Assembly: GCA_016748015.1 (NCBI GenBank) | Contig: JAAOMT010000076.1 | Span: 186,001 to 250,000 of the forward strand | Reading direction: 5' to 3' | Length of the DNA: 64,000 nucleotides | DNA from: Geosiphon pyriformis uo1 | Taxonomy: Eukaryota; Fungi; Glomeromycota | Shown here: positions 1 to 11,186 of the stretch, piece after piece | How positions within the stretch are numbered: the first letter of the stretch is position 1 | Layout: each line of letters begins with the position of its first letter | The notes under the pieces: generated by a model | The model's database searches: none | What the model was told of the DNA's origin: nothing | What the model saw: the letters and a program-made list of their open reading frames with translations, nothing else | Made by a program: the position numbers and the translations under genes

Positions 1-904
1 TGACAGTATTTTTTATTACCAAGTTAACAGTAAAAATCAATGTTTGTGTAAATATAATTATATTTAATTTGAATTATATACATTAAAAATTAGATTGTAA
101 GTTTTTAATAAAAAAAATTATCTTATTTTAAAAATTAAATTCGGAAAAAAATAATTTTATTAAAAAACAAAACTTTTGTTTGTTAATCTTCAAATTACAA
201 CAAAAATCAAAAAGTTAAGAAAGTATTTTTGGTTATATTTTGTTTTTATATGTACACTATTTTATTCAACATTTTTTTGTTTAAAAATTAGTAACTTTAA
301 CTAGTTTTAGTAGAAATATGTTTAATAACAAAACTAAAAAAAATTAATACAGACTTAAAAACATATATTTGGTATGCAAAATTAACAAAAATAAGAAGAA
401 CATTAAAAGTTTTGGTTTTTTGCTCCTTTTTTTTAAAAAAAATTTTAACTTTAAAAATATAATAAATGTTATATTGAAAAAATAAGTTTTAACTTAATTA
501 ATAATAGAAAAATTTTGAAAAAACTAATTTTTTAATGCTTAAGAGCACATTTATTTAAACTCTGATTTTTGTAATTTAATTAGTAATAAAAATATTCTAA
601 AAAAAGCAAAATATGTATAAAACATATAATTCTATAGGCTGATTGCATTTGTAATAAAACTTACAAAGAATAAAAATATTTTAAAGATTTATTAAGTGTT
701 TTGTTAGTATTTACATTGATTATCGAAATAGAAATATAACAGATTTTGGGTTAAGTAATAGTTATAATATTTATAATAATTTGGATTAAGATGAAATGTT
801 TTTTTTCTTTTATAATATATTTTTTATGATTTACAACTGCAAACATAGTGTCCAAAGTAAGAATATTATGATTTAAGAGAATAAGATTGTAAGTAATTGA
901 CAAA

Positions 905-1860
905 AGCTTATTAAATTTTCGAAAGTTGGTTGTAAACATTTACATATCTTTGCAAAAATGCAAAAAGTTGGCTCACCAATGTGATTATTTTAATCTAAAA
1001 ACTTGGAATTGATAGCAGATGTAAGAACGTAGTAGAATTCTACATATTATATAAAAGAGTGCACACTGGTACTTTATAAGATAAAAATCTTTGTTAACTT
1101 TTACTATGTAATAACATAATTTAATATTGTATATTATTGTATAGCTTCTTGTTATTATAACAAACATGGCTAGAAATTTAAATCAATATTTATTATTCGA
1201 ATTTGATTGGATAATATTAGAAAAAATTTACAAATTGTTGAAAGTAAGTATATTTATTTTTTGACACATTTATAATAACAAATAGCTAATTTATAATTCT
1301 TTGCTTAAGCAATAATACTTACAAGTCTAGCATATTATTTAATCATAACTGTCTTAGTACTTATTTACAATTATAAACTAAAAGATTTCCAAAATCAGAC
1401 TAGCCAAAATACAAACTTAAAAATACTGCTAAGCTGGCTATTAATAAATTATAGCAATTTATTCAAAAATAAAAGAGCTAATCTATATTATTGTCACAAG
1501 TTAAGTTAATAAATATATTGCTTTATAAATTAATTGTTGTTAAAATATTTTTTTTTAGTTTTTAATTCACAATTGAAACTTACTAATTATTATAAAACAA
1601 AAGTTTTTGTATTAAAAATATAAGCAAAAAAGTCATAAATAGTTTTTTAAAATATAAAAAATTGTTGGTTTTAAGTAGAACAATTTTTAATTAAATACAG
1701 AAAAAAATTTAAATATTGAATTCAAAGCTAAGAACTAATCATAAAAAAAGAGTTTATATAATAATAACAGTTTAGTATTTAATAACATACAAAATATTTG
1801 TGCCTGTGATTTTTAGTTTGATTTATGCAAGATTTGGATGTGTTTAAAAGTTACTTAGTT
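905..1860 (+). mobile_element. Decayed hAT-superfamily transposase relic
   Basis: Manual translation across stops and frameshifts gives NFRKLVVNI..SLQK..KLAHQCDYFNLK/NLELIADVRT**NSTYY (~910-1050; matches the hAT L.LDV.TRWNSTY motif). Further on: EFDWIILEKIYKLLK followed by a GTAAGT donor (~1200-1250), AINKL..YSK...LIYIIVT (~1435-1500), and VPVIFS / MCLK (~1800-1850), resembling the hAT dimerisation domain SVPVERIFS..CMCLKSW. No TIRs identified. Confidence 0.7.
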
Positions 1861-2363
1861 TGTTTTAATTTGAAAGAAAACTATTTATTTTTTTTGGATT
1901 TGGAATTAGATGCTTCGGTTGTATTTAGTCCAATTGGCTAATTACATGTAAAAAATACATAAAAAATGTTTCCTTTAAAGCATATATCTTGTTGTATTGT
2001 AGTAAACAATGATTGGGCCTTACTTATAAAATAAATAAAAATATTAAAAATAATTATTCAAGGGCCATAATTAAGTATTATGCTTAAAATATAGCATTTT
2101 AATATTTTACTAAAATGAAAAATATTAAAAGAAAATAAAAAAATTTCAAATAATTTAATAAATGCAATCTGTTTATATCCACTTAACCAAATTTATCATA
2201 TTTACAAACAAAACCCCAAGTTAAAATTATTTTTAATTATTACGTTTATCTTAAAGTTTATATAATTTATTACTCTCAATCAAAAATTTGTTTGAACTAT
2301 CCATTTATATACAATTCTTCTAAAACTCTGGATCTGAATCTGAATCTGAATCTACATTTGATA

Positions 2364-3409
2364 CTATTTGGTCCAACCAATAACTGGGGAAAAAATAGCT
2401 TCAGTTTCGTCACCCTCGCCAAAACTCACTTGCTGAGCGCCCAAAAAACCAGCGACAAAACTTAAATCGAAACCAATATCTGTCTTAAATGGAACATTTA
2501 CTTGTCCGTTCGATATATGTGTAGCTTCAATACTATTTTTTGTCAACTTATGACCGGTATTGTCATAAGGAAAGAAGGCAGAGATCCAACCGTCCCAATA
2601 AACTGGCATCCCGGCTCCACCACCTTGTGACATTATGACCTTACTCTAAAAATCTTGATCAATATTACCACGATATGTTTCGACAAGTTTCCAAACGACC
2701 GGTTCTAATCTATCCAACCAGAAATCCATATCGAGTCCGAGTTCACGAAGTTTAACAACTTTTTCTCGCAATTTTTGCCAATCTTGTAAACTTCCTTCAA
2801 AGGTAACTTTAGGAATACCACACATACACCTCATTTTATACGTAAAATACTTTTTCATGGAATCCAAAAGAATAACACGACTTGCAGTGATGGAAGCAGA
2901 AGTACTAGTACTAAAATCACATTCTAAGGTTTTAGATAAATCAACTTTCGTCAACTTTTGTTGTGAGTCGATTTATAGCAACTGGCCAATCACCCTTAAG
3001 CTGATTATTTCAATGTCTAATATGTCGCCAGCGAAAATACAAATTTCTTTTTGACCTTCATGTTTAACAAAATAATATCGGAATCTTTCGGCGTTGTTAT
3101 TGATATGATTACTAACCCCTTGGGCATGGCTAACCAAACGTCATCGGGTGAGATACGAAGATGTTGGTGATGATTGTAAGATTGTTGAATAGCTGCAACG
3201 AAACCATTTTCCACCTGGTTATCGTCAATAATTGAATATGGATTTATTGTTTTTTTTTCCGGAAAATCAATAGAGATTGAATGAAGTATTTTTTCTTAGT
3301 TTCTGTATAATTCTGTAAAATATTCTTCTATAAGAGTGTTCTCAAGTATTGTCGTAGTTTTTTTCAAAGTGGTACTGAGAATTTGGGTACTTCATTGTAG
3401 AGAAGTCAT
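2364..3409 (-). pseudogene. DUF4419-family pseudogene (copy 1, divergent paralog)
   Basis: ATG at 3409 (MTSLQ*STQIL...). Motifs NGFVAAIQQSYNHHQHLRISPDDVWLA, FSTSTS, MKKYF.Y...CGIPKVTFEGSLQDW, FWLDRLEPVVW and WDGWISAFFPY are collinear with 8677-9735. It carries in-frame TGA and TAA near the 5' end, a frameshift near 3125, further frame breaks, and TGG>TAG at ~2646. Confidence 0.9.
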
Positions 3410-3861
3410 AATGATTTTTAACCCAGAATCCAATATTTCCACAATATCTAAATTATATTTATAAGTAGCTTTTAGCAATATGGAAACTTCTCACGACCTG
3501 CGTAAAAAGGAGATCTAGCTCCGCGTTTACCCGCATTGGCGGGGAAAATATCACAGCTTAAATAAAAGCAAATTACTAAGTAATCAATATTAGTTTAAAG
3601 CAAAAATATCAGATTTTTTTTATATACAATAACAAATGGAAGTGTCTTTTGTTGAGAAACTCTATATATAATAATTGGATAATTCCTATTATCCCTTTTT
3701 GATCTAGTTCCTGTTTATTTGATTCTTAAAGCGGTTATTATCGGAATCAGTAAAAAAAGAATGGATTCAAGCAATAATTGGCAGATTGGCTTGACTACAA
3801 AAAATATCAGCAACAAGCGCTCAAAATATTAAAACAGTGAGAAGCAACTAATAACTACTAT

Positions 3862-3970
3862 CTCGATAATATTTGGCTGACGATCGCCTAAGATGTAAGT
3901 CAAATATGAATTTGAACACCAAAAAAATTTCCGTAATCGACATTCTCGAAAATCATGGGCGATTGGCTTC
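3862..3970 (+). pseudogene. Short DUF4419 fragment (copy 4)
   Basis: gat aat att tgg ctg acg atc gcc taa gat gta agt caa .. atg aat ttg aac acc aaa aaa .. ttc cgt = DNIWLTIA*DVSQ.MNLNTKK.FR, versus DDVWLTIAQGVSQHINLNAEKFR in the intact copy. It is followed by DILEN..GDW. Confidence 0.75.
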
Positions 3971-4202
3971 AATGAAATTGTTAAACATGTGGAATGAGAC
4001 AATATACTCACGCCGCAGGCATTTTGTATAATTCTATTCACATTCTAAATTAAAAATTTATGAATTTGCTACAATATTGGTTGATGTCAATTTCGACATA
4101 GATCAACTTTCTATTTATTTTTCATGAGAAAACTTGATTGTAGTGATTTTCTAAACTGTCAAAAGAAGTAACCTCTAATTAAATAAACAGTATGTGTATA
4201 TA

Positions 4203-5550
4203 CAGGGGGGTATAAAAATATTGAACACTTAATATAATATATAAAAAAGGCTATATATTGTAATACCATTACCAATTTAAGCCATAATTTTTTTATAATT
4301 ACTTATAGTTATAATCTACAAATCAACATAAATCGCGTCCTTGTAAAACACAACAGTGGATCATACGCGTATATATAAAATATCAAACATTCTTGTCGTG
4401 AAAAAATTTACCGCATCAAATGTGTCTTGGAAAAGAACTTTCTGAATATCAAAAAGGAGGGATTATTTCAGCAATAAAGTTAGGACATACAAACAGTGAG
4501 ATTTCCACGACTATTGGATGTTCACGTTCTTCTGTAATACGTGTATGGAAGTCATACGAGCTAAAAAAACTTCCTAAAAAACGAACGGGCCGACCACAAA
4601 TTCTTGACAAACGCGCACGTGAACAACTCAAATATTCAATAATGGAGAATAAAGAAACCCGCCGCCAAACTCTTTCTCAAATACGATTGAATTTTATTAA
4701 AGATACCAACAAATCTATTTCTATACAAACTATTCGAAATGGATTAGCTCAAGAAGGACTTCGCTCGTGCATTCCTCGTCTCAAGCCATTAATTTCCAAA
4801 TCAAATAAAGAAAAACGGTTACAATGGGCTCGTACTTATGAAAATTGGACAGTAGAAGATTTTAAACAAGTTGTTTGGTCAGATGAATCTACATATACAC
4901 AATTTAGAACTGCAGAATTTGGACGTGTATGGCGTAAACCTTCCGAAGAGTTTCATAAGGATTGTATTGCAGCCACAGTTAGAAAAAGCTTTGGTCGCAT
5001 GTTTTGGGGATGTTTTTCATGGGTTGGTTTGGGTCCTTTAGTTCCTTTGGTTGGTCATATTACTGGAGTTATACACCGCGAAACCTTGGCTAATTATGCA
5101 ATTCCTACGGTAAAACTTCATGCAAAAAAAACTAAAAAAAGTTTTTTTTTCAGGAAATGCACCAATCCACACATCAAAAGTCGCGCGTTCTTTTCTTACC
5201 TCTTCAAATGTTGAATTACTTCCTTGGCCAGCACAAAGTCCTGATATTACTCCAATAGAAAATCTTTGGTTATATATTGAAGTTAAAATTCGTCAACGTA
5301 ATTCACAACCCTCAAATATTGTACAATTGGAACAGTGGGTTAAGGAAGAATGGGATGCGATACCTGTAAATTACTATCGTAATTTGATCAAGTCTATGCC
5401 ACGTCGAATTCAACTATTCTTGAAGCAAATGGGAGTCAAACAAAATACTAAATGTATTTTAATATAATAATAAAAAATTAACGATTCATAAGTTAGTTCT
5501 TTTATATATAACATATTATAAAAGTGTCCAATATTTTTTATACCCCCCTG
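4203..5550 (+). mobile_element. Full-length Tc1/mariner DNA transposon (DD34E Tc1 type), 1348 bp, TA target-site duplication
   Basis: Left TIR CAGGGGGGTATAAAAATATTGAACACTT (4203-4230). Right TIR AAGTGTCCAATATTTTTTATACCCCCCTG (5522-5550) differs by 1 mismatch and 1 indel. TA flanks at 4201-4202 and 5551-5552. The transposase lies inside, and the uninterrupted site is visible in paralogous copies at ~8350-8380 and ~23685-23730. Confidence 0.97.
4420..5451 (+). pseudogene. Tc1 transposase, frameshifted
   Basis: N-terminal HTH region, GRPQIL linker, VVWSDES (first D), MFWGCFSW.GLGPL, then NAPIHTSK...WPAQSPDITPIENLW (34 residues between the expected second D and E). A frameshift at the T9 run/caggaaat (5142-5158) removes the second catalytic Asp of (Q)DNAP. 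A second 1-bp loss at ~5413 hides the typical end AILEANGSQTKY* (TAA 5449-5451). Confidence 0.93.
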
Positions 5551-8500
5551 TATATATTGATTTTCACAATAAAGTTAATGTCTTTTACAGCTTTAATAAC
5601 AATATTTGATAAATCAAAAGATTAATAATTATTTATGCAATATATAAAGTTAATTGAAATAAGTTAATTGGCATTTGCCGAAAGTAAAAAGGCCGATAAA
5701 ATCGAGTTAAAGGATTTAGACCAAAAAAATTATAATTTGATTGAAAATTTATTGCTATCTCATAATTTATGTTTGTGTTGTCTAATTTCTTTGCTCTTAT
5801 TTTATTAATTTTAAATTTTTGAAACCGTTTTGGATATCCAAACTTGAATTTCATTTTTCACATTTTCAATTAAATATGAAAATACAACGAAATTATTTAA
5901 ACAATCAAGTTACGTACAAAATTAATTTGCAACTAAACTCAAAATAATGTAATAATAAAACTATTTTTTTTCAAATTTTAACATATTTCTTGAATAAATA
6001 AATGAAATTACATACATGATCCATGGTTCCATTCATAATTATTAAAATCATATTATTTACAATCTTGTATCTTTCAAAACAGTTACAAAAGTCAGATTTA
6101 GTTCCCATAAAATTTTTCGCCAGATTTAAAAAACCTGACAAAATAAATTTTTTTAAAAATAAAACGATTGCAATACACAACATTAAATATTACATAACTT
6201 ATTTGAAATTACTTTATTTTACATAAAAGAAAAAATTAAAAAAGGGGCAATTTCGCTTATATTTAATTCCATTGAGTCAAACTCTTGTTAAATGTATTTG
6301 ATACTTTATGTAATTGATGTTTTGCTAAATTAAATTGTTGAGGCTAACAAAAATGGCTCAAAAAATATACAATATAAATTCAGGGTGGTTGGTCACGTGT
6401 TGAGAACGCACGATCCATGTCTATAGTTGCCTTTGTTGTACCCAGATTAGATAGTGAAAGGACTTCACTTTGTCATAGCAATTAAAAGTCGTTTCACGAA
6501 TATAAACGAAAAATTAAATTAATGAGCGTTATATAGTAACCTTTAAAATGGTTTATTTTCGAAAGGCGAGCTCATTACTCATTCACTGGGATTGAAACTT
6601 GATTAAATTTTACTTAATGCTATTAAAATGCTTAAAATCTTTCAAAAAGAATTATAACAAGTAATAAAATTTTATTAGAAACTGATTGAAATGCTTTGAA
6701 GAACTTTATGTTAGTAACTTTTAAATCAAAATAAATTCTTTAAAATGTATAAAAAATTGCATTCAAAAGTAAAATATATATTAAATATTAATCTTTTTCA
6801 TTTAAACTTATAGTGGTATTTCAATTAAATAAAAAAGATTGCATTGTGAAAAATGATAAAAACCTTCTATTAAAAAATTATGCAATTTAATTGAAAAACA
6901 AAACAATACCTATATTTAATGAAGCCCAAAAAATTCATTTGATGAAAAATAATTGAATTAGAAAATTTCCAAATTACCATTATCTTTAGATATACTTGAT
7001 AAATTATTAAGTGAAATTTACATTGCTATGGCTTTAAATTTTTAAAATGTATATTAAAATAAATAACAAAGAAAAAAGGATTAAAAAAATTTCATTCATT
7101 AAATAAACAGGAGGTTAAAATTATTATTATAAAAATCATAATCTTCGTGAATTAATTATGTTATATAATTTTAAACATAGCTATTGTCCTAGAAAAATTG
7201 TAAAAACTGAAAAAGATGTCGCAATAATTGCAATGACAGAAGTTTGTAACATAATCAAAAACAATTAAAGATAATTTAATTTGCCAATAATTATTGTTGT
7301 ATTATTATAAAATTTGAAAAGATTATGAATCCAAAATTGAAGCTTTGATTTATGCAATCATAAAAAAATACAGTAAAAAAAAAACTTTGAAAGTTAATAA
7401 TTATATAATTTCATTGTATCTTGGTGTAATACTCAAGTATGTTAGCTTAAAAAATAAAGCAAATTAATATATTGAATCTGAATGACTGAATGGTTAAATT
7501 TTTTTTGTGACGTTCTTCATGTTTAATGCTGCACCTAAGCAATCAGTGTGGATAAATAAAGACAAGTAATTTTTACAATTTATCAGTCTATAATTTTCTT
7601 TTTTAGGTTATTCTAATGATTTTTTTGAATATTGAAACCAATAAATATATATTGATCTATTAATAAAAAATGAAAATATTAATCCAAATTTGACATCCAG
7701 ATTTTTTATGTTTTTAGGATGATGTTTAATTTTTAAATCAAATTAGTAATAAATTTTTATTGATATCATGAAAATTTTTAGGGGTGGTGTTTTTAAAAAG
7801 TTTTTTTATTATAATTGGCAGATTTTTAACAAAATGAGCCATTTTGAATATTTACAGAATGTGTATTTTTTGAACCCACTAATATGGGCTGTTGTAAAAT
7901 GGAAAAAAAATGAATGTAAATTTATTTATTCAAGAAATATGCTAAAATTTGAAAAAAAATAGTTTTATTATTACATTATTTTGAGTTTAGTTGCAAATTA
8001 ATTTTGTACGTAACTTGATTGTTTTAATAATTTGGTTGTATTTTTATATTCTATTGAAAATGGGAAAAATAGATTTCAAGTTTGGATATCCAAACGGGTT
8101 TCCAATAATTTAAGATTCATAAAATAAGAGCAAAGAAATTAGATAACACAAATTATAATTTTTTAAGCTTAAATTCTTTAACTCGATTTTATCGAATAAC
8201 TCCTCGGCCTTTTTACTTTGGGCAATACCAATCAACTTCAACATCTAAATATATGAAGTCAAAATGATATACTTGGTTTTCTTTATTTCAATTAACTTTA
8301 AATAATTCTTCTATTAAAATTGTAGAAGACAATGTGATTTTTAACTTTATTGTGAAAATCAATATACATATATTTACGTATTCTTTATTTAAAATAACTA
8401 CAATCAAGTTTTCTATGCAAATTGAAAGTTGATATATGTTCAAATTCGATCCTGAACGAGATTAACATTAACCAATATTGTGTGTGTGGCAAATTCATAA

Positions 8501-8615
8501 ATTACAATTTGGAATGTGAATAGAATTATGATACAATTATACAAGATACCAGAGGGCGTGGGTATATTGTCTCAAAAAAGAAGTTTATTTACATAAGATA
8601 AAGCAGCAGCAATAA

Positions 8616-8635
8616 AGAAATTTATATATAAAGCC
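8616..8635 (+). promoter_or_regulatory. Putative TATA box of the intact DUF4419 gene
   Basis: aagaaatttatatataaag lies ~50 bp upstream of ATG 8677 and is conserved upstream of copy 3 (~23952-23970). Confidence 0.45.
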
Positions 8636-8676
8636 AATTTGATATCTGATGGCAAAAACTAAGATATTTTAATATC

Positions 8677-9735
8677 ATGACTTCATACAAAAGTACACAA
8701 ATAGTAGGAAGAGAAGTTAAACCAACAACCGAAATCCTTGAAAATGTTTTGATTAGAACCCATTATACTGAGAAATTTGAATCGAAAGTGATTAGTGCAC
8801 TTTCTATCGATTATCCTGAAGAAGCCAGACCAAACCCCACAACTATAATTAAGACGGGAGGCGTTACTCATGGCTTCGTAGCAGCAATTCATGAAGCCTA
8901 TAACCTTCATCAACATCTTCGTATTTCACCTGATGATGTTTGGCTGACAATTGCTCAAGGTGTAAGCCAACATATTAATTTGAATGCTGAAAAATTCCGT
9001 AGTTATTTTGTAAATCATGAAGGAGAAAAAGATATTATAGTTTTCGCGGCTGATGTTTTAAGATCAACCGAGAACCGTCTTGAAGGTGATTGGCCAGTTG
9101 TTGTGAATCGGCTTACTCAAAAAGTTGGCGAGAACGTGACAAAGATTGAGTTAACAGAACTCTTGGAATGTAACTTTTCAACTAGTACTTCAGTTTCTAC
9201 TACCGCGAGCAAAGTGATTTTATTAGATGCTCTGAAAAAATATTTCAAGTATCATGTGTGGACTCGTTGTGGGATTCCTAAAGTCACTCTTGAGGGAACT
9301 CTCGAAGATTGGGAAAACCTTCAAAAAAAAGTGGTTAAACTTCGTGAGCTTTCCCTGGACATGGATTTTTGGTTAGATAGGTTGGAACCGGTAGTTTGGC
9401 AGCTCGTTGCGACGTACCGTGGTGATATTGACGAGAAATTTTGGAGTAAAGTTTTAATGAGTCGTGGTGGTGGAACAGGAGTACCGGTTTCGTGGGATGG
9501 CTGGATTGCAGGCTTTTTCCCATATGAAAAAAGTGGTGATAAAATACTCAAGAATAGCATTGTCACTAAGGAAATACCTGATGGTATGGTAAATGTTCCA
9601 TTTGATACTGATATTGATAAGAAACTCCAATTCTCTGCCGGTTTTTTGGGAGCTCATCAAACCACCATTGGTGAAGGAGCTGATACTGAGGTTTTTATTT
9701 CCCCTGTTATTGGATGGCTTGTAGTTGATCAATAA
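8677..9735 (+). CDS. DUF4419 domain-containing protein (352 aa, intronless, intact)
   Basis: Uninterrupted ORF with DUF4419-type motifs HGFVAAIHEAYNLHQHLRISPDDVWLTIAQG, AEKFRSYFVNHEG, NFSTST, KKYFKY...CGIPKVTLEGTLEDW, FW.KV...GGG and WDGWIAGFFPY. Family recognised from motif memory, not from a search. Confidence 0.9.
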   Translation: MTSYKSTQIVGREVKPTTEILENVLIRTHYTEKFESKVISALSIDYPEEARPNPTTIIKTGGVTHGFVAAIHEAYNLHQHLRISPDDVWLTIAQGVSQHINLNAEKFRSYFVNHEGEKDIIVFAADVLRSTENRLEGDWPVVVNRLTQKVGENVTKIELTELLECNFSTSTSVSTTASKVILLDALKKYFKYHVWTRCGIPKVTLEGTLEDWENLQKKVVKLRELSLDMDFWLDRLEPVVWQLVATYRGDIDEKFWSKVLMSRGGGTGVPVSWDGWIAGFFPYEKSGDKILKNSIVTKEIPDGMVNVPFDTDIDKKLQFSAGFLGAHQTTIGEGADTEVFISPVIGWLVVDQ

Positions 9736-10144
9736 ATTAGTTTAGTTTTATGTTAGATAATATAAGAGGTTTTGGTAGGAACATAGAATCGTGAGGTATT
9801 ATCAATGTCAGTTGATCGTAGCTGAATAATTCTTTCTTTAAATTCTTATCTCCCATATATATAATAAAGTCAATAGCTATTTAAATAATGTTATTATAAG
9901 CTGCATTGTATAAATTTAAGTTATGGTTAACTTTGACCTGTTCATAAGAGAAATAAGCATCAAGTTAGGTAGAATCTTTTAAAAAGAACAATCTTTTTTT
10001 AGTATTCTGAGTTATCCACAACATGAAAATAAAAATTATTGGGTATAATGCAAATTCTTGTTTTTTAAGAACCTTACAAGGAATTTTCAAGCGGTAAAAA
10101 AGTAGCCAACCTATATGACGGTGTCATCGTGTAGTGTTCATTAT

Positions 10145-10230
10145 TATCAATGGATTCCGTGGGAGCGTTTGAGGAATATTAATAAATTTACCAATGGTTA
10201 AGGTTCGACACTTTTTATAAAGCAAGATGA
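10145..10230 (+). pseudogene. Protein kinase N-lobe fragment (WIPY-type tyrosine-kinase-like family)
   Basis: YQWIPWERLRNINKFTNG / RFDTFYKAR* resembles the EWIPY..F.NI..IAKGGFG.VYKA.W start of the kinases expanded in Glomeromycotina. It has a frameshift and W>stop. Confidence 0.55.
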
Positions 10231-10282
10231 ATTTAAAAGATATGGTTAAGATATCATGGTAAAAAAGATGTCAACCAAAAGA

Positions 10283-11186
10283 TATAATCGATGAAAATTG
10301 TTTGGAGTGCTGATTCGAAGTAGTAAATTAAAATCATTTTGAAGTTGGTCTTTGAAACGAGTAGTTTCGTCTTTGTCTTGAATCCAATGATTAAGCTACT
10401 TTATATTATGCGATTGAAAAAGCTTTGAATCAATATATAATCGAGGAAACGTAATGGCTGAGCGTCTACAGACTTTTGACGACTACACGATACTAGATAA
10501 TGATGCAAGAGATCTTTATATAAAGTTCCAGGTAAGATTCTCGCAAAAGGTTTTACTTTGTAACAGAAAATCAACTGAAAAACCGGATTAAAGGTAAAAA
10601 TTTTTCAATAGGTTCATTTGTCCAGTTAGGAACTTTTTTCTACTTAAATATTTTTATCCAATTTAACAACATATTCCACAATCTTTTCTCATATTTCAAA
10701 TTCTTCTATATTTAAGTTATCCCGAGTTAAATTGAGGAAAGAGCATTTTCACTAAGGGAGATAAAATCTTGGGAGCTGAAGATTATAGCTGGATCCTTTT
10801 ACATGGTGTTCAATCAAATTGTCTTCGAGGTGATCAATAACATTTTCTAGAACAAGCTCGTCGGTAACAAAATGGTAAAGTACTCGGTGTTCATCAAAAG
10901 AATTTCACCATTATAAATATATCTGTCCAGGAAGATAAAGCGTATAAATTTATTTTGGCTAAAATACTTTGAAAATAAATGAAAACCATTGCCTAAGAAA
11001 ACTTTGGGTGAAATATTAGGTTTTGCGAAGATAATAATGTGCTTCCCTTTTAATCCAATTACTAGAGGCAACAAAATATGGCTAAAATTTGATATTAGGT
11101 GCTTCTCCAATAACAAATTTAACCTCGGAGAAATTCCAAGTATTGAATAAATTTCTGAAATCGTAAAAGAATTGCTGGGGTGCCAT
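10283..11186 (-). pseudogene. BTB/POZ-BACK-TLDc protein pseudogene
   Basis: Minus-strand translation from ATG 11186: MAPQQFFYDFRNLFNTWNFSEVKFVIGEAPNIKF*, PNISPKVF, YIYNGEILL, TDELVLENVIDHLEDNLIEH, DPAIIFSSQDFISLSENAL, RDNLNIEEFEI*EKIV, FLPLIRFFS, KVKPFARILPGTLYKDLLHHYL, PRLYIDSKLF, NDFNLLLR..TPNNFHRL. The order is collinear with BTB-BACK-TLDc proteins. Multiple stops, frameshifts and deletions; truncated early in TLDc. Confidence 0.85.

Larger units (their letters stand above)
3995..8574. repeat. Large imperfect inverted repeat: arm 3995-4200 + 5551-6017 (split by Tc1) vs arm ~7910-8574
   Basis: For example 5900-6000 is nearly the exact reverse complement of 7925-8025, and tgagacaatatactcacgcc (3995) pairs with ggcgtgggtatattgtctca (8555-8574). 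Confidence 0.9.

Noticed and set aside
3488-3495. Perfect CSL site (CGTGAGAA, minus strand) upstream of DUF4419 copy 1
   Set aside because: A single 8-mer in front of a pseudogene, not seen upstream of the intact copy; compatible with chance.
5131-5160. Programmed ribosomal frameshift in the Tc1 transposase (A7-G-T9 run)
   Set aside because: Even after shifting frame the catalytic Asp of DNAP is missing, and a second frameshift exists at ~5413. Decay or sequencing error is more parsimonious.
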